A DNA stretch of 63,001 bases, filler included, from Mustelus asterias (Eukaryota), in NCBI RefSeq assembly GCF_964213995.1. It is 4 parts of 4 records of this genome, joined end to end, with 100 filler letters (N's around TTAATTAATTAA, not from the genome) between each part and the next. Parts side by side here need not be neighbours in the genome. Positions count along the whole stretch, not along the records: positions 26,067 to 43,066 come from NW_027590699.1; positions 43,167 to 63,001 come from NW_027594010.1; 2 more parts are not named here. The stretch is one strand, 5' to 3'. Positions 36,091-49,803 of the stretch are shown piece after piece. The notes below the pieces were generated by a model that saw only the letters and a list, made by a program, of their open reading frames with translations, searched no databases and was not told the DNA's origin. The stretch's first letter is position 1. Each line of letters begins with the position of its first letter. The position numbers and the translations under genes were made by a program.

Positions 36091-39051
36091 TTTCCAGGCG
36101 CCGCCTGTTGATTCCCTGCTGGAGGCGGCGACTGGATCCAGGTCCCACCTTCCACGCCCCCAACAGAATGGAGTCCCAGATTTACAATAGGTTAATATTA
36201 AAATGGACATTTTAGCTGTGTCGGGATATTTGTTTGGCTGAGTATGTTCACTGTATTGTTCTCATTATTTCTGATGGTGATATTGCAGTTCATCATTTCT
36301 TTATTTAAATAACTAATTCCATTGTAAGTATGGTGCTTTTATTACCACGCCCCTGACAAAAAGACAACTCTAAAAATGATTAAATAACATTTACGGAAAA
36401 TGAAGAGACCGTCAGTCTATTTTGCAACAATTCCGGGTCTCTGTCACATTACTATAATAAGGCATCATTTATCGGAAGAATTGTTATCGATTTGTGTAAC
36501 TAAATGCGGGGGATGAACAAAGTGATTCTATTTACAGTGTTGATGGCTGTCACTGTACAATTTGGGTTTGGAGATGAGAAGAAACTCTCACCCTGTACAA
36601 TGTTTCTTCTTATATTTATCAAACTGCCCCAATCTCAAGACAGCCCTTTGAAAATAACAAGAATTCTGCCCTTCAGATAATTAAATAGTGAGTTGACAGA
36701 GAAACATAAAATTAACATCGACTTTTGACAAAGAAGTTAATGAATCGGAACGGACACGGAATCATTAAATTTCTCCTTCAGCATCCAAATCATTGCAGCT
36801 CAGTCTATTGGCCACCGGCTGTCGAACATTCACTGTTATTGGGAACACAGGATATCAGCACTTTGCGGCACATTGCACAATATCACAAGAATAATTGTTT
36901 TATCTTCCATTGAATCAGGTTATGAACTGATCATTTCTCCACTCATTGGCAGCTATGATTGGAACTCTTCAATAACAGGAATCAGATTATACTGTACAAT
37001 AGAATAGGGTGTTAATCAGGTACAAGAGACGCTGCTGTTTAAATGCGATACAGAACTTTCAGAATATTCCAGCAATCCCCCTGTTCATGTCAGTTTTATG
37101 ATGTTCTTTTAATATTATTTCGATGCATTTTTGCCATTGCTCTGATCTCAGTTGACTGGGGAATTGGGACCATCAACATCTCTCTTTCGCATTTCATGAA
37201 GTGGTTAACAAACAGAATTTAAATATTGGAGTGACATTTACTTGGAAGTTATACAAACTAAAAAGCATCTGGTCACTTTATTGTTTTGCGATACTATTTA
37301 CTCACATAATGAACAGGACATTGAATGAAAATATTTGATTAGAATGATTACGATTTAAAATGTGTTTTTCCTCTGGGAATGAAACATTTATTGTTTAAAT
37401 GGTTGAATCCCATTTTGTCCAGTCAGGTTCACGCTAATCTGTCCCACACAGTGTTTGGCACCAATCCAGCCTGCTGTCAAATGCTCAAAGTTATTGGCAG
37501 GAAGCATCTGAGGATGTTGTTCAACACATCAAAGATCTGTTTCCTCAGTACTGACCGATTGGCTGCAAGCCAACTTGAAACTGTTCACATTGTCAATGGG
37601 GCCTGTTATTAAACAAATCTACTCAGCAACAGTACAGAAGGGACTTTAATTTTTTTAAGTTGAAAATCTAGGTGAATTTTTCCCATCTCTCATGGAAGGA
37701 AAGTTATGCAGCTTCTCTGGCACCCTGTTCGCAACAATTATGATTTTTCCAACACATCAGGATATTGTGATGGATGGATAGAAAGAATTACAGGCAGACT
37801 CTGAGAGATGAATCAGAGAGAGGACACATGTTGTAATACATTAACATGTATGTTTGTGTTTTCTTTCCCTTTATCTTCCCATGAGATATTTGAGTTGGTG
37901 GAAAGACTAGCACATTTTGCCTGTCGCAAATTCCCTTGAACTGATTGGTTTTCGAGGCCACTTCTGAAGATATTAAAGAGTCAGCTATTTTGCTGTCCGC
38001 CTGGAGTCACATCCTTGTGAGACCAGGTAGCGATGGCAGATTTCACTCATTGGGGAATCAGAGAGGTTCCAATGGTCGCCATTCGTATCTATTCCATATT
38101 TATTAATTGAATTCAAATTCCACCAGCTGCAATGCTCCGATTTAAATCCCTGTCCCCACATTATTGTCCTGGGTCTCTGGATCACTGGGCCAATTAAATT
38201 AATATTATGTCACCATCTGCGCAAACAATAAATGCATGGCTGTGTTGATGCAGAATGAATAACAGTTGAATGAATGATAGTTGCATGAATATCAGTTGGA
38301 TGCTTGAATATTTTGATTGAGGAATCAGTGAATGGATTGATGGATGCATTGTTAAATGATACTGAAAGATGCTGTTCTACATTCCCATATTTGTAGGTGA
38401 CTGGTTCAAAAATTGAAACAGCTCCTTTATTCCATTTCTGTCAGTCTAATAACTTCAATACTTCCAGAGGGTCTGGGTGAAATCCAACCGGAGTTTCTAG
38501 GGAGTTAGCAAACTGATCCTCACGAAAAGAGGAGGGGATTTTCCTGCGGCTCGGATGGTTCACGTCTCTGCTGATGCTGAATACTCATATCCAAGATCGA
38601 AAGAGGGAACATGATTCGGCTGAGGAGGGAGGATTGCAATATTTGAAACATGTGCAGCTAATCAATCAACATGCCCTCACCCAAATTAGTGAAGGAGCAG
38701 GCTGTAAAGTAAATAATGTGGCAACAGATATATTGTGAAACTCACTGGAAAACTATTATTTCCCAAAACCGTGTAATGGTGAATCGGGATTTAAAGATTC
38801 AGTAAAATCATATTAGGTGCAGGTAGTTTAATTTATATAATCACTTTGGGCATCATCATCACACCAGTTATGTATCAGAAGTTTAAAGGGCAGAGACTGC
38901 TGGGTAGCTACTCATGATCCTCGGTCTAAATTCATTCAATTTCCCACTGAATTCTGGGACAGATTTTTATAATTGGTGACAAAAAAGCCAATACAATGTC
39001 AATAAACGTTAATATCAATAAATAATTCAAAGCAAAGTTGTATAGAATGAA

Positions 39052-39530
39052 ATACTGAAAACAAACAGAAAATGCTGGAAAATCTCAGCAGGTCTGACAG
39101 CATCTGTGGAGACAGAATAGAGCCAACGTTTCGAGTCTGGACGACTCTTCGCTAGAATATTCCTGGTGCGTTGGAGAGATCACCATTGTTTCTAACAAAG
39201 TGTCAGACAAGCTGCATAACTTTCCTGTGAGCTGGGAATGGTTCAAATAGATACTGTTTAATTACATGCATCAATTTACATACTGATCCCAAATATCATA
39301 ATCAACTTATCCATGCTAACTAACCTAATCAACGTCTCCATCACTAACTATATCCTAAAGAAACTTCCTAATTCCTTTCCACCCTCATCATTTCCCAATT
39401 TCATCACCCTCTTCAATTTCCTCCAAATAAGAAAAAGGGTCATCCTGACTCGAAACTTTCACTCTATTCTCTCTCCACAAATACTATCAGACCTGTTGAG
39501 ATTTTCAGAATTGATTGTTTTTGTTTCAGT
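39052..39530. mobile_element. Short element with ~95-bp imperfect inverted ends (MITE-like, or inverted copies of a shark repeat)
   Basis: aaatctcagcaggtctgacagcatctgtggag..agaatagag..aacgtttcgagtc at about 39080-39140; its reverse complement lies at about 39445-39505. Confidence 0.6.
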
Positions 39531-40009
39531 TTTCAGAATCCGCAATATTTTGCATTTATCAAAATGCTGAATATAACTGGTGAAATAATTGTTTATCTGT
39601 ATGAATTGATGTTAATTGATGAATTGGAACAACCACGCCTGGATATTCCCCTCCAAGACGCTCATAAACCTGACTTGGACATATATTACCGTTCCGTTAC
39701 TGTCGCTGGGTCGGAATCCAGGAGAACCCTCCCTGACAATACTGTGGGTGTACCTATACTGCAGGTTGTGCAGTTGTTCAAGAAGGCGACTTACCACCAG
39801 CTTACCGAATGCAATTGGTAATGTGGAATAAATTGTAGCTTAGACAGTGTCGCCCACCTTCCATCAAGTAATTTTAAATAGACTAACCTTTGTGAATGAA
39901 TGAGAACTGCTGAATGCATTTATTAAATTGCGAATGGATGATCATTGGTGAAAATGATTACTATCTTTCTGAACATTTATGACATTCTCCTTATTTGCTG
40001 GAAGATTTA

Positions 40010-40322
40010 AGGTTTGTAGTTTATTTATTAATGTCACAAGTAGGCTTATATTAACACTGCAATGCAGTTACTGTGAAAATCCCCGAGTCGTCACACTGCG
40101 GCGTTTGTTCGGGTACACGGAGGGAGAATTTAGCCTGGCCAATGCACATTAACAGCGTGCCTTTTCGGACTATGCAGGAAACTGGACCACCCAGAGGAAA
40201 TCCATGCATAAACGGGGAGAATATGCAGATTCTGCACAGACACTGACCCAAGCCGGGAACCAAACCTGTGACCCTGGCACTGTGAGGCAACAGAGCTAAC
40301 CACTGTGTCACCATGGCACCCA
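40010..40322 (-). mobile_element. Diverged HE1/V-SINE-type element
   Basis: Same head, core and tail as the other SINE copies. Confidence 0.8.
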
Positions 40323-41004
40323 CCATTCCACAAGCCATGCATGATTCAAATTCATCACACTTTTGAAAAGTAAGCCGATGGAAGAGACTGCTACAACTAC
40401 AAACATATCTCAGTCATAGCATCACAGGAAATATCTTTGCTGGGGTCACACTTGAAATACATCATCTGCTTGCAGACCGGGTATACCTGATGTGCAGTTC
40501 AGTAATTGCGTTGGAAGATTTACTCCAGCCAACAACTTCTCCATGTTTCATATATGTCCATATCTTTAACGTACTTCGGTCAATCTCGCTAAGGCATTCA
40601 ACACTGTCAGCAGGGCAAGGACTTCAGGATTGTGGTGATAACTGGCTCTACACCAAAGCTCCTAATATCCATTCATGATACAAAAACGATAACACACAAA
40701 TGACAAATGGTAGCTTAACGGGCAGCACTTGTGGCAGAACTAACCTTTCAAAATTGTCCTCCCCAATTATCAGAAAAGGTGACATATGTAAAGGAAGCCA
40801 ATCTGAATTGGATGTGTTTATTGTGCGTCCATCATGTACTGTAAATGGAAGGCTGCAAGTGATCAATTTGAAATTAATTTCTATAAAACATGACATATTT
40901 CACAAAACACATGCACACCAAGATGCTCAATTTTTGTTCTGCCATTATCACTCGATTCCAGAAATGATTTAAAATGAGTCCAAATATAGATAAAAATTGT
41001 AGAT

Positions 41005-41640
41005 TGAAAGGTGAATGGAGAGTCCGTGCCCTTGACATCGACGCAGCATTTGACCGCTTGTGGCATCAAGTAGCCCGAGCGAAACTGCAGTTAATGGGAA
41101 TCAGGGGGGAAACAGTCCACTGGCTGGAGCACAAAGGAAGGTGGTTGTGGTTGTTAATGGTCAATCATCTCAGTCACAGGGCTTTGCAGGAATTCTTCAG
41201 GTTAGTGACCTGGCCCCAAGCTTCAGGCATCTTCAAAGTTCATATGTGGGATGTTTACTGATGATTGAACAAAGTTCAGCATCAGTTCCAACTCCTCAGG
41301 TACTGACACAGTCTGCGTCCATATGAAGCAAGACTTAGAAAACAACCATCCTTGGGCTAATGGGTGGCAAGTAACATTAATGCCACACAAGTGGCAGGCC
41401 ATGACCAATAAGGGAGATTCCAACCATCTCCCCTTGACACTAAGTAGCATTACTAGCGCAGAATCCCTCACTATTAACATCCTGGGCATTTTCCTTCGTG
41501 AAAATCTGAACTGGAACCGGCATTTGAATCATGTGGCTACATGAGCAGGTGAGATGCCAGGAGTTCTGCGGCGAAAAGCTCACCTCCTGAATTCCCAAAC
41601 CCTATCCATCATCTACAAGGCAAAACTGAGGAGTATGAAT
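41005..41640 (+). mobile_element. Highly decayed LINE RT fragment
   Basis: ALDIDAAFDRLWH..KL..MGI.G..WL remnants with many indels. Confidence 0.65.
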
Positions 41641-42346
41641 AAAGAACAAAGAACAGTACAGCACATGTACAGGCCCTTCTGCCCACCAAGCCTGTTCCAA
41701 CACAGATGATTGAATATTCTCTACTTGCCTGACTTGTGCCACTCAAAAAGCTCCATGCCATTCTGGAAAAAAGTAGCTGTCTCGAAGAACACCCCACCCA
41801 CTAGCTTCCCAAAGCTTGCCACCACATTCTCAAAGGAAATTATGGTTTGGCAACAAAAGTTGACTTCACCAATGACGTCAAAATCCCAGACAAAATGTTA
41901 AACATATCATATCTCTGCTTATATTCAACTCGCCTCTGACCCTGTCTGTGTTACACTAGTCTCTGCCTGGATCACATTCCATGAGGTCCTATCAAAGTTT
42001 TTTCCTGCACTCGGCTCAATTTCAGGTGTTCATGTACGAGGCACAGGCCCTCTAAATATTATAATTTCTAAGTTATGGTTGCACATAACCACGTCTCTGC
42101 TAATCTGACAAGAGGCCGTGTCTTAATTCTTACTGCCTCAGAGCATTTACCACTGTACACTAAACTGGAAATCCTGTCTTCATGCATTACACATGGTTTT
42201 GTCACAGTTATTATGCTAATAGTTCATTAGATTTTAATAATCTAGGTCCTGTTTAGGTTAATGCTGCACCAGTCCATGTACTTGATTATTTAAGTCTGTC
42301 ATGTGTCAGTTTTATTGTACTTTGCAATACCTCCTAATTGCTGCGT

Positions 42347-43066
42347 TAGAACAAAGAACAAAGAATAATACAGCACAGGAACAGGCCCTTCGGCCCTCCA
42401 AGCCCGTGCCGCTCCCTGGTCCAAACTAGACCATTCCTTTGTATCCCTCCATTCCCACTCCGTTCATGTGGCTATCTAGATAAGTCTTAAACGTTCCCAG
42501 TGTGTCCGCCTCCACCAGCTTGCCCGGCAGCGCATTCCAGGCCCACACCACCCTCTGTGTAAAATACGTCCTTCTGATATCCGTGTTAAACCTACCCCAC
42601 CTCACCTTGAACCTATGACCCCTCGTGAACGTCACCACCGATTTGGGAAAAAGCTTCCCACCGTTCACCCTATCTATGCCTTTCATAATTTTATACACCT
42701 CTATTAAGTCTCCCCTCATCCTCCGTCTTTCCAAGGAGAACAACCCCAGTTTCCCCAATCTCTCCTCATAACCAAGCCCCTCCATACCAGGCAACATCCT
42801 GGTAAACCTCCTCTGTACTCTCTCCAAAGCCTCCACGTCCTTCTGGTAGTGTGGCGACCAGAACTGGACGCAGTATTCCAAATGCGGCCGAACCAACGTT
42901 CTATACATCTGCAACATCAGACCCCAACTTTTATACTCTATGCCCCGTCCTATAAAGGCAAGCATGCCATATGCCTTATTCACTACCTTCTCCACCTGTG
43001 ACGTCACCTTCAAGGATCTGTGGACTTGCACACCCAGATCCCTCTGCGTATCTACACCCTTTATGG
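42347..43066 (-). mobile_element. Young CR1 3' fragment, cut by contig end
   Basis: ORF 42426-43031; near-identical to the copies at 10337-10890 and 12175-12727. Confidence 0.92.
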
Positions 43067-43166
43067 NNNNNNNNNNNNNNNNNNNNNNNNNNNNNNNNNN
43101 NNNNNNNNNNTTAATTAATTAANNNNNNNNNNNNNNNNNNNNNNNNNNNNNNNNNNNNNNNNNNNN

Positions 43167-46100
43167 AGACGCAGGGAGAGGGAGACGCAGGGAGAGGGAG
43201 ACGCAGGGAGAGGGAGACGCAGAGAGAGGGAGACGCAGAGAGAGGGAGACGCAGAGAGAGGGAGACGCAGAGAGAGGGAGACGCAGAGAGAGGGAGACGC
43301 AGAGAGAGGGAGACGCAGAGAGAGGGAGACGCAGAGAGAGGGAGACGCAGAGAGAGGGAGACGCAGAGAGAGGGAGACGCAGAGAGAGGGAGACGCAGAG
43401 AGAGGGAGACGCAGAGAGAGGGAGACGCAGAGAGAGGGAGACGCAGAGAGAGGGAGACGCAGAGAGAGGGAGACGCAGAGAGAGGGAGACGCAGAGAGAG
43501 GGAGACGCAGAGAGAGGGAGACGCAGAGAGAGGGAGACGCAGAGAGAGGGAGACGCAGAGAGAGGGAGACGCAGAGAGAGGGAGACGCAGAGAGAGGGAG
43601 ACGCAGAGAGAGGGAGACGCAGAGAGAGGGAGACGCAGAGAGAGGGAGACGCAGAGAGAGGGAGACGCAGAGAGAGGGAGACGCAGAGAGAGGGAGACGC
43701 AGAGAGGGAGACGCAGAGAGAGGAGACGCAGAGAGGGAGACGCAGAGAGGGAGACGCAGAGAGGGAGACGCAGAGAGGGAGACGCAGAGAGGGAGACGCA
43801 GAGAGGGAGACACAGAGAGGGAGACACAGAGAGGGAGACACAGAGAGGGAGACACAGAGAGGGAGACACAGAGAGGGAGACACAGAGAGGGAGACACAAA
43901 GAGGGAGACACAAAGAGGGAGACACAAAGAGGGAGACACAGAGAGGGAAAAGAGGGAGACACAGAGAGGGAGACGCAGAGAGGGGGACGCAGAGAGGGAG
44001 ACACAGAGAGGGAGACCCAGAGAGGGAGACACAGAGAGGGAGACACAGAGAGGGAGACACAGAGAGGGAGACACAGAGAGGGAGACACAGAGAGGGAGAC
44101 ACAGAGAGGGAGACACAGAGAGGGAGACACAGAGAGGGAGACACACAGAAAGAGAGAGACAGAGATAAAGAGTGGCAGAGGGAGAGGGACAAGACAGAGA
44201 ATGAGACAGAGGGAGAGCGGCAGCGAGACAGAGAGAGAGGGAGAGACAGAGAGAGGGAGAGACAGAGAGAGGGAGAGACAGAGAGAGGGAGACACAGAGA
44301 GAGGGAGACGCAGAGAGAGGGAGACGCAGAGAGAGGGAGACGCAGAGAGAGGGAGACGCAGAGGGAGGGAGACGCAGAGGGAGGGAGACGCAGAGGGAGG
44401 GAGACGCAGAGGGAGGGAGACGCAGAGGGAGGGAGACGCAGAGGGAGGGAGACGCAGAGGGAGGGAGACGCAGAGGGAGGGAGACGCAGAGGGAGGGAGA
44501 CGCAGAGAGAGGGAGACGCAGAGAGAGGGAGACGCAGAGAGAGGGAGACGCAGAGAGAGGGAGACGCAGAGAGAGGGAGACGCAGAGAGAGGGAGACGCA
44601 GAGAGAGGGAGACGCAGAGAGAGGGAGACGCAGAGAGAGGGAGACGCAGAGAGAGGGAGACGCAGAGAGAGGGAGACGCAGAGAGAGGGAGACGCAGAGA
44701 GAGGGAGACGCAGAGAGAGGGAGACGCAGAGAGAGGGAGACGCAGAGAGAGGGAGACGCAGAGAGAGGGAGACGCAGAGAGAGGGAGACGCAGAGAGAGG
44801 GAGACGCAGAGAGAGGGAGACGCAGAGAGAGGGAGACGCAGAGAGAGGGAGACGCAGAGAGAGGGTGACGCAGAGAGAGGGAGACGCAGAGAGAGGGAGA
44901 CGCAGAGAGAGGGAGACGCAGAGAGAGGGAGACGCAGTGAGAGGGAGACGCAGGGAGAGGGAGACGCAGGGAGAGGGAGACGCAGGGAGAGGGAGACGCA
45001 GGGAGAGGGAGACGCAGGGAGAGGGAGACGCAGGGAGAGGGAGACGCAGGGAGAGGGAGACGCAGGGAGAGGGAGACGCAGGGAGAGGGAGACGCAGGGA
45101 GAGGGAGACGCAGGGAGAGGGAGACGCAGGGAGAGGGAGACGCAGGGAGAGGGAGACGCAGGGAGAGGGAGACGCAGGGAGAGGGAGACGCAGGGAGAGG
45201 GAGACGCAGGGAGAGGGAGACGCAGGGAGAGGGAGACGCAGGGAGAGGGAGACGCAGGGAGAGGGAGACGCAGGGAGAGGGAGACGCAGGGAGAGGGAGA
45301 CGCAGGGAGAGGGAGACGCAGGGAGAGGGAGACGCAGGGAGAGGGAGACGCAGGGAGAGGGAGACGCAGGGAGAGGGAGACGCAGGGAGAGGGAGACGCA
45401 GGGAGAGGGAGACGCAGGGAGAGGGAGACGCAGGGAGAGGGAGACGCAGGGAGAGGGAGACGCAGGGAGAGGGAGACGCAGGGAGAGGGAGACGCAGGGA
45501 GAGGGAGACGCAGGGAGAGGGAGACGCAGGGAGAGGGAGACGCAGGGAGAGGGAGACGCAGGGAGAGGGAGACGCAGGGAGAGGGAGACGCAGGGAGAGG
45601 GAGACGCAGGGAGAGGGAGACGCAGGGAGAGGGAGACGCAGGGAGAGGGAGACGCAGGGAGAGGGAGACGCAGGGAGAGGGAGACGCAGGGAGAGGGAGA
45701 CGCAGGGAGAGGGAGACGCAGGGAGAGGGAGACGCAGGGAGAGGGAGACGCAGGGAGAGGGAGACGCAGGGAGAGGGAGACGCAGGGAGAGGGAGACGCA
45801 GGGAGAGGGAGACGCAGGGAGAGGGAGACGCAGGGAGAGGGAGACGCAGGGAGAGGGAGACGCAGGGAGAGGGAGACGCAGGGAGAGGGAGACGCAGGGA
45901 GAGGGAGACGCAGGGAGAGGGAGACGCAGGGAGAGGGAGACGCAGGGAGAGGGAGACGCAGGGAGAGGGAGACGCAGGGAGAGGGAGACGCAGGGAGAGG
46001 GAGACGCAGGGAGAGGGAGACGCAGGGAGAGGGAGACGCAGGGAGAGGGAGACGCAGGGAGAGGGAGACGCAGGGAGAGGGAGACGCAGGGAGAGGGAGA

Positions 46101-46999
46101 CGCAGGGAGAGGGAGACGCAGGGAGAGGGAGACGCAGGGAGAGGGAGACGCAGGGAGAGGGAGACGCAGGGAGAGGGAGACGCAGGGAGAGGGAGACGCA
46201 GGGAGAGGGAGACGCAGAGAGAGGGAGACGCAGAGAGAGGGAGACGCAGAGAGAGGGAGACGCAGAGAGAGGGAGACGCAGAGAGAGGGAGACGCAGAGA
46301 GAGGGAGACGCAGAGAGAGGGAGACGCAGAGAGAGGGAGACGCAGAGAGAGGGAGACGCAGAGAGAGGGAGACGCAGAGAGAGGGAGACGCAGAGAGAGG
46401 GAGACGCAGAGAGAGGGAGACGCAGAGAGAGGAGACGCAGAGAGGGAGACGCAGAGAGGGAGACGCAGAGAGGGAGACGCAGAGAGGGAGACGCAGAGAG
46501 GGAGACGCAGAGAGGGAGACGCAGAGAGGGAGACGCAGAGAGGGAGACGCAGAGAGGGAGACGCAGAGAGGGAGACGCAGAGAGGGAGACACAGAGAGGG
46601 AGACACAGAGAGGGAGACACAGAGAGGGAGACACAGAGAGGGAGACACAAAGAGGGAGACACAAAGAGGGAGACACAGAGAGGGAAAAGAGGGAGACACA
46701 GAGAGGGAGACGCAGAGAGGGGGACGCAGAGAGGGAGACACAGAGAGGGAGACACAGAGAGGGAGACACAGAGAGGGAGACACAGAGAGGGAGACACAGA
46801 GAGGGAGACACAGAGAGGGAGACACAGAGAGGGAGACACAGAGAGGGAGACACAGAGAGGGAGACACAGAGAGGGAGACACAGAGAGGGAGACACAGAGA
46901 GGGAGACACAGAGAGGGAGACACAGAGAGGGAGACACAGAGAGGGAGACACACAGAAAGAGAGAGACAGAGATAAAGAGTGGCAGAGGGAGAGGGACAC

Positions 47000-47032
<33 letters not shown>

Positions 47033-48567
47033 CAGACAGAGAATGAGACAGAGNNNNNNNNNNNNNNNNNNNNNNNNNNNNNNNNNNNNNNNNNNNNNNN
47101 NNNNNNNNNNNNNNNNNNNNNNNNNNNNNNNNNNNNNNNNNNNNNNNNNNNNNNNNNNNNNNNNNNNNNNNNNNNNNNNNNNNNNNNNNNNNNNNNNNNN
47201 NNNNNNNNNNNNNNNNNNNNNNNNNNNNNNNNNNNNNNNNNNNNNNNNNNNNNNNNNNNNNNNNNNNNNNNNNNNNNNNNNNNNNNNNNNNNNNNNNNNN
47301 NNNNNNNNNNNNNNNNNNNNNNNNNNNNNNNNNNNNNNNNNNNNNNNNNNNNNNNNNNNNNNNNNNNNNNNNNNNNNNNNNNNNNNNNNNNNNNNNNNNN
47401 NNNNNNNNNNNNNNNNNNNNNNNNNNNNNNNNNNNNNNNNNNNNNNNNNNNNNNNNNNNNNNNNNNNNNNNNNNNNNNNNNNNNNNNNNNNNNNNNNNNN
47501 NNNNNNNNNNNNNNNNNNNNNNNNNAGAGTGGGAGAGACAGAGAGTGGGAGACACAGAGAGACACACAGAGAGGGAGACGCAGAGAGAGGGAGACGCAGA
47601 GAGAGTGAGACACAGAGAGAGTGAGAGTCAGAGAGAGGGAGACACAGAGAGAGGGAGACACAGAGAGAGGGAGACACAGAGAGAGGGAGACACAGAGAGA
47701 GGGAGACACAGAGAGAGGGAGAGACTGAGAGAGGGAGAGACTGAGAGAGGGAGAGACTGAGAGAGGGAGAGACTGAGAGAGGGAGAGACTGAGAGAGGGA
47801 GAGACTGAGAGAGGGAGAGACTGAGAGAGGGAGAGACTGAGAGAGGGAGAGACTGAGAGAGGGAGAGACTGAGAGAGGCAGAGAGACGGAGAGGCAGAGA
47901 GAGGGAGAGGCAGAGGGAGGGAGAGACAGAGGGAGGGAGAGACAGAGGGAGGGTGACACGGGGAGAGGGAGACACGGGGAGAGGGAGACACGGGGAGAGG
48001 GAGACACGGGGGGAGGGAGACACGGGGGGAGGGAGACACGGGGGGAGGGAGACACGGGGGGAGGGAGACACGGGGGGAGGGAGACACGGGGGGAGGGAGA
48101 CACGGGGGGAGGGAGACACGGGGGGAGGGAGACACGGGGGGAGGGAGACACGGGGGGAGGGAGACACGGGGGGAGGGAGACACGGGGGGAGGGAGACACG
48201 GGGGGAGGGAGACACGGGGGGAGGGAGACACGGGGGGAGGGAGACACGGGGGGAGGGAGACACGGGGGGAGGGAGACACGGGGGGAGGGAGACACGGGGG
48301 GAGGGAGACACGGGGGGAGGGAGACACGGGGGGAGGGAGACACGGGGGGAGGGAGACACGGGGGGAGGGAGACACGGGGGGAGGGAGACACGGGGGGAGG
48401 GAGACACGGGGGGAGGGAGACACGGGGGGAGGGAGACACGGGGGGAGGGAGACACGGGGGGAGGGAGACACGGGGGGAGGGAGACACGGGGGGAGGGAGA
48501 CACGGGGGGAGGGAGACACGGGGGGAGGGAGACACGGGGGGAGGGAGACACGGGGGGAGGGAGACAC
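43167..48567. repeat. GA-rich 14-16-bp satellite arrays (gagacgcagagagagg, gagacgcagggagagg, gagacacggggggagg)
   Basis: Perfect tandem periodicity; a block at about 43690-44200 is repeated at about 46420-47050. Confidence 0.97.
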
Positions 48568-49509
48568 NNNNNNNNNNNNNNNNNNNNNNNNNNNNNNNNN
48601 NNNNNNNNNNNNNNNNNNNNNNNNNNNNNNNNNNNNNNNNNNNNNNNNNNNNNNNNNNNNNNNNNNNNNNNNNNNNNNNNNNNNNNNNNNNNNNNNNNNN
48701 NNNNNNNNNNNNNNNNNNNNNNNNNNNNNNNNNNNNNNNNNNNNNNNNNNNNNNNNNNNNNNNNNNNNNNNNNNNNNNNNNNNNNNNNNNNNNNNNNNNN
48801 NNNNNNNNNNNNNNNNNNNNNNNNNNNNNNNNNNNNNNNNNNNNNNNNNNNNNNNNNNNNNNNNNNNNNNNNNNNNNNNNNNNNNNNNNNNNNNNNNNNN
48901 NNNNNNNNNNNNNNNNNNNNNNNNNNNNNNNNNNNNNNNNNNNNNNNNNNNNNNNNNNNNNNNNNNNNNNNNNNNNNNNNNNNNNNNNNNNNNNNNNNNN
49001 NNNNNNNNNNNNNNNNNNNNNNNNNNNNNNNNNNNNNNNNNNNNNNNNNNNNNNNNNNNNNNNNNNNNNNNNNNNNNNNNNNNNNGAGTGAGTGTGTGAG
49101 AGAGAGTGAGTGTGTGAGAGAGAGTGAGTGTGTGTGAGAGAGTGTGTGTGTGTGTGAGAGTGTGTGTGAGTGTGAGAGAGAGTGTGACAGTGTGTGTATG
49201 AATACCTAGTGTGAGTGTGTGTATGAAAGATAGACTGAGTCTGTGTGCAAGGGAGAGATGAGTGAGTGTGTAATGAGCGGGGGGGTGGAGTGAGTGAATG
49301 TGAGTGTGTGTGAGAGCGTGTGAGGGAGTATTTATGTGTGTGTTGATGAGAGTGTGTTAAAGCGAGTGTTTCCGAGAGAGTGAATGTGTGTGTGAGATGT
49401 GTGTGTGTTTGAGTGTGTGTGTGTAAGTGTGTAATAGGGAGTGAGTGTACAAAGTGAGTAAGTGTATAAGAGTGAGTGAGTGCGAGCAGGACAGTGCATG
49501 AGTGTTAAG

Positions 49510-49803
49510 TTTCAGTTTATCTACTAGTGTGACAAGTAGGGTTACATTAACACTGCAATGAAGTTACTGTGAGAATCCCCTAGTCGCCACACTCCGGCGC
49601 CTGTTCGGGTCACACTGAGGGAGAATTTAGCACGGCCAATGCACCCTAACCGGCACATCTTTCAGACTGTGGGAGGAAACCGGAGCACCCGGAGGAAACC
49701 CACGCAGACACGGGGAGAACGTGCAGACTCCGCACAGACAGTGACCCAAGCCGGGAATCGAACCCGGGTACCTGGCGCTGTGAGGCAGCAGTGCTAACCA
49801 CCG
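49510..49803 (-). mobile_element. HE1/V-SINE-type element
   Basis: Near-complete reverse-complement SINE. Confidence 0.88.

Noticed and set aside
43111-49137. ORFs up to 1818 aa (SPSLCVSL / RERETQ repeats)
   Set aside because: Translations of GA-rich satellites and N gaps.
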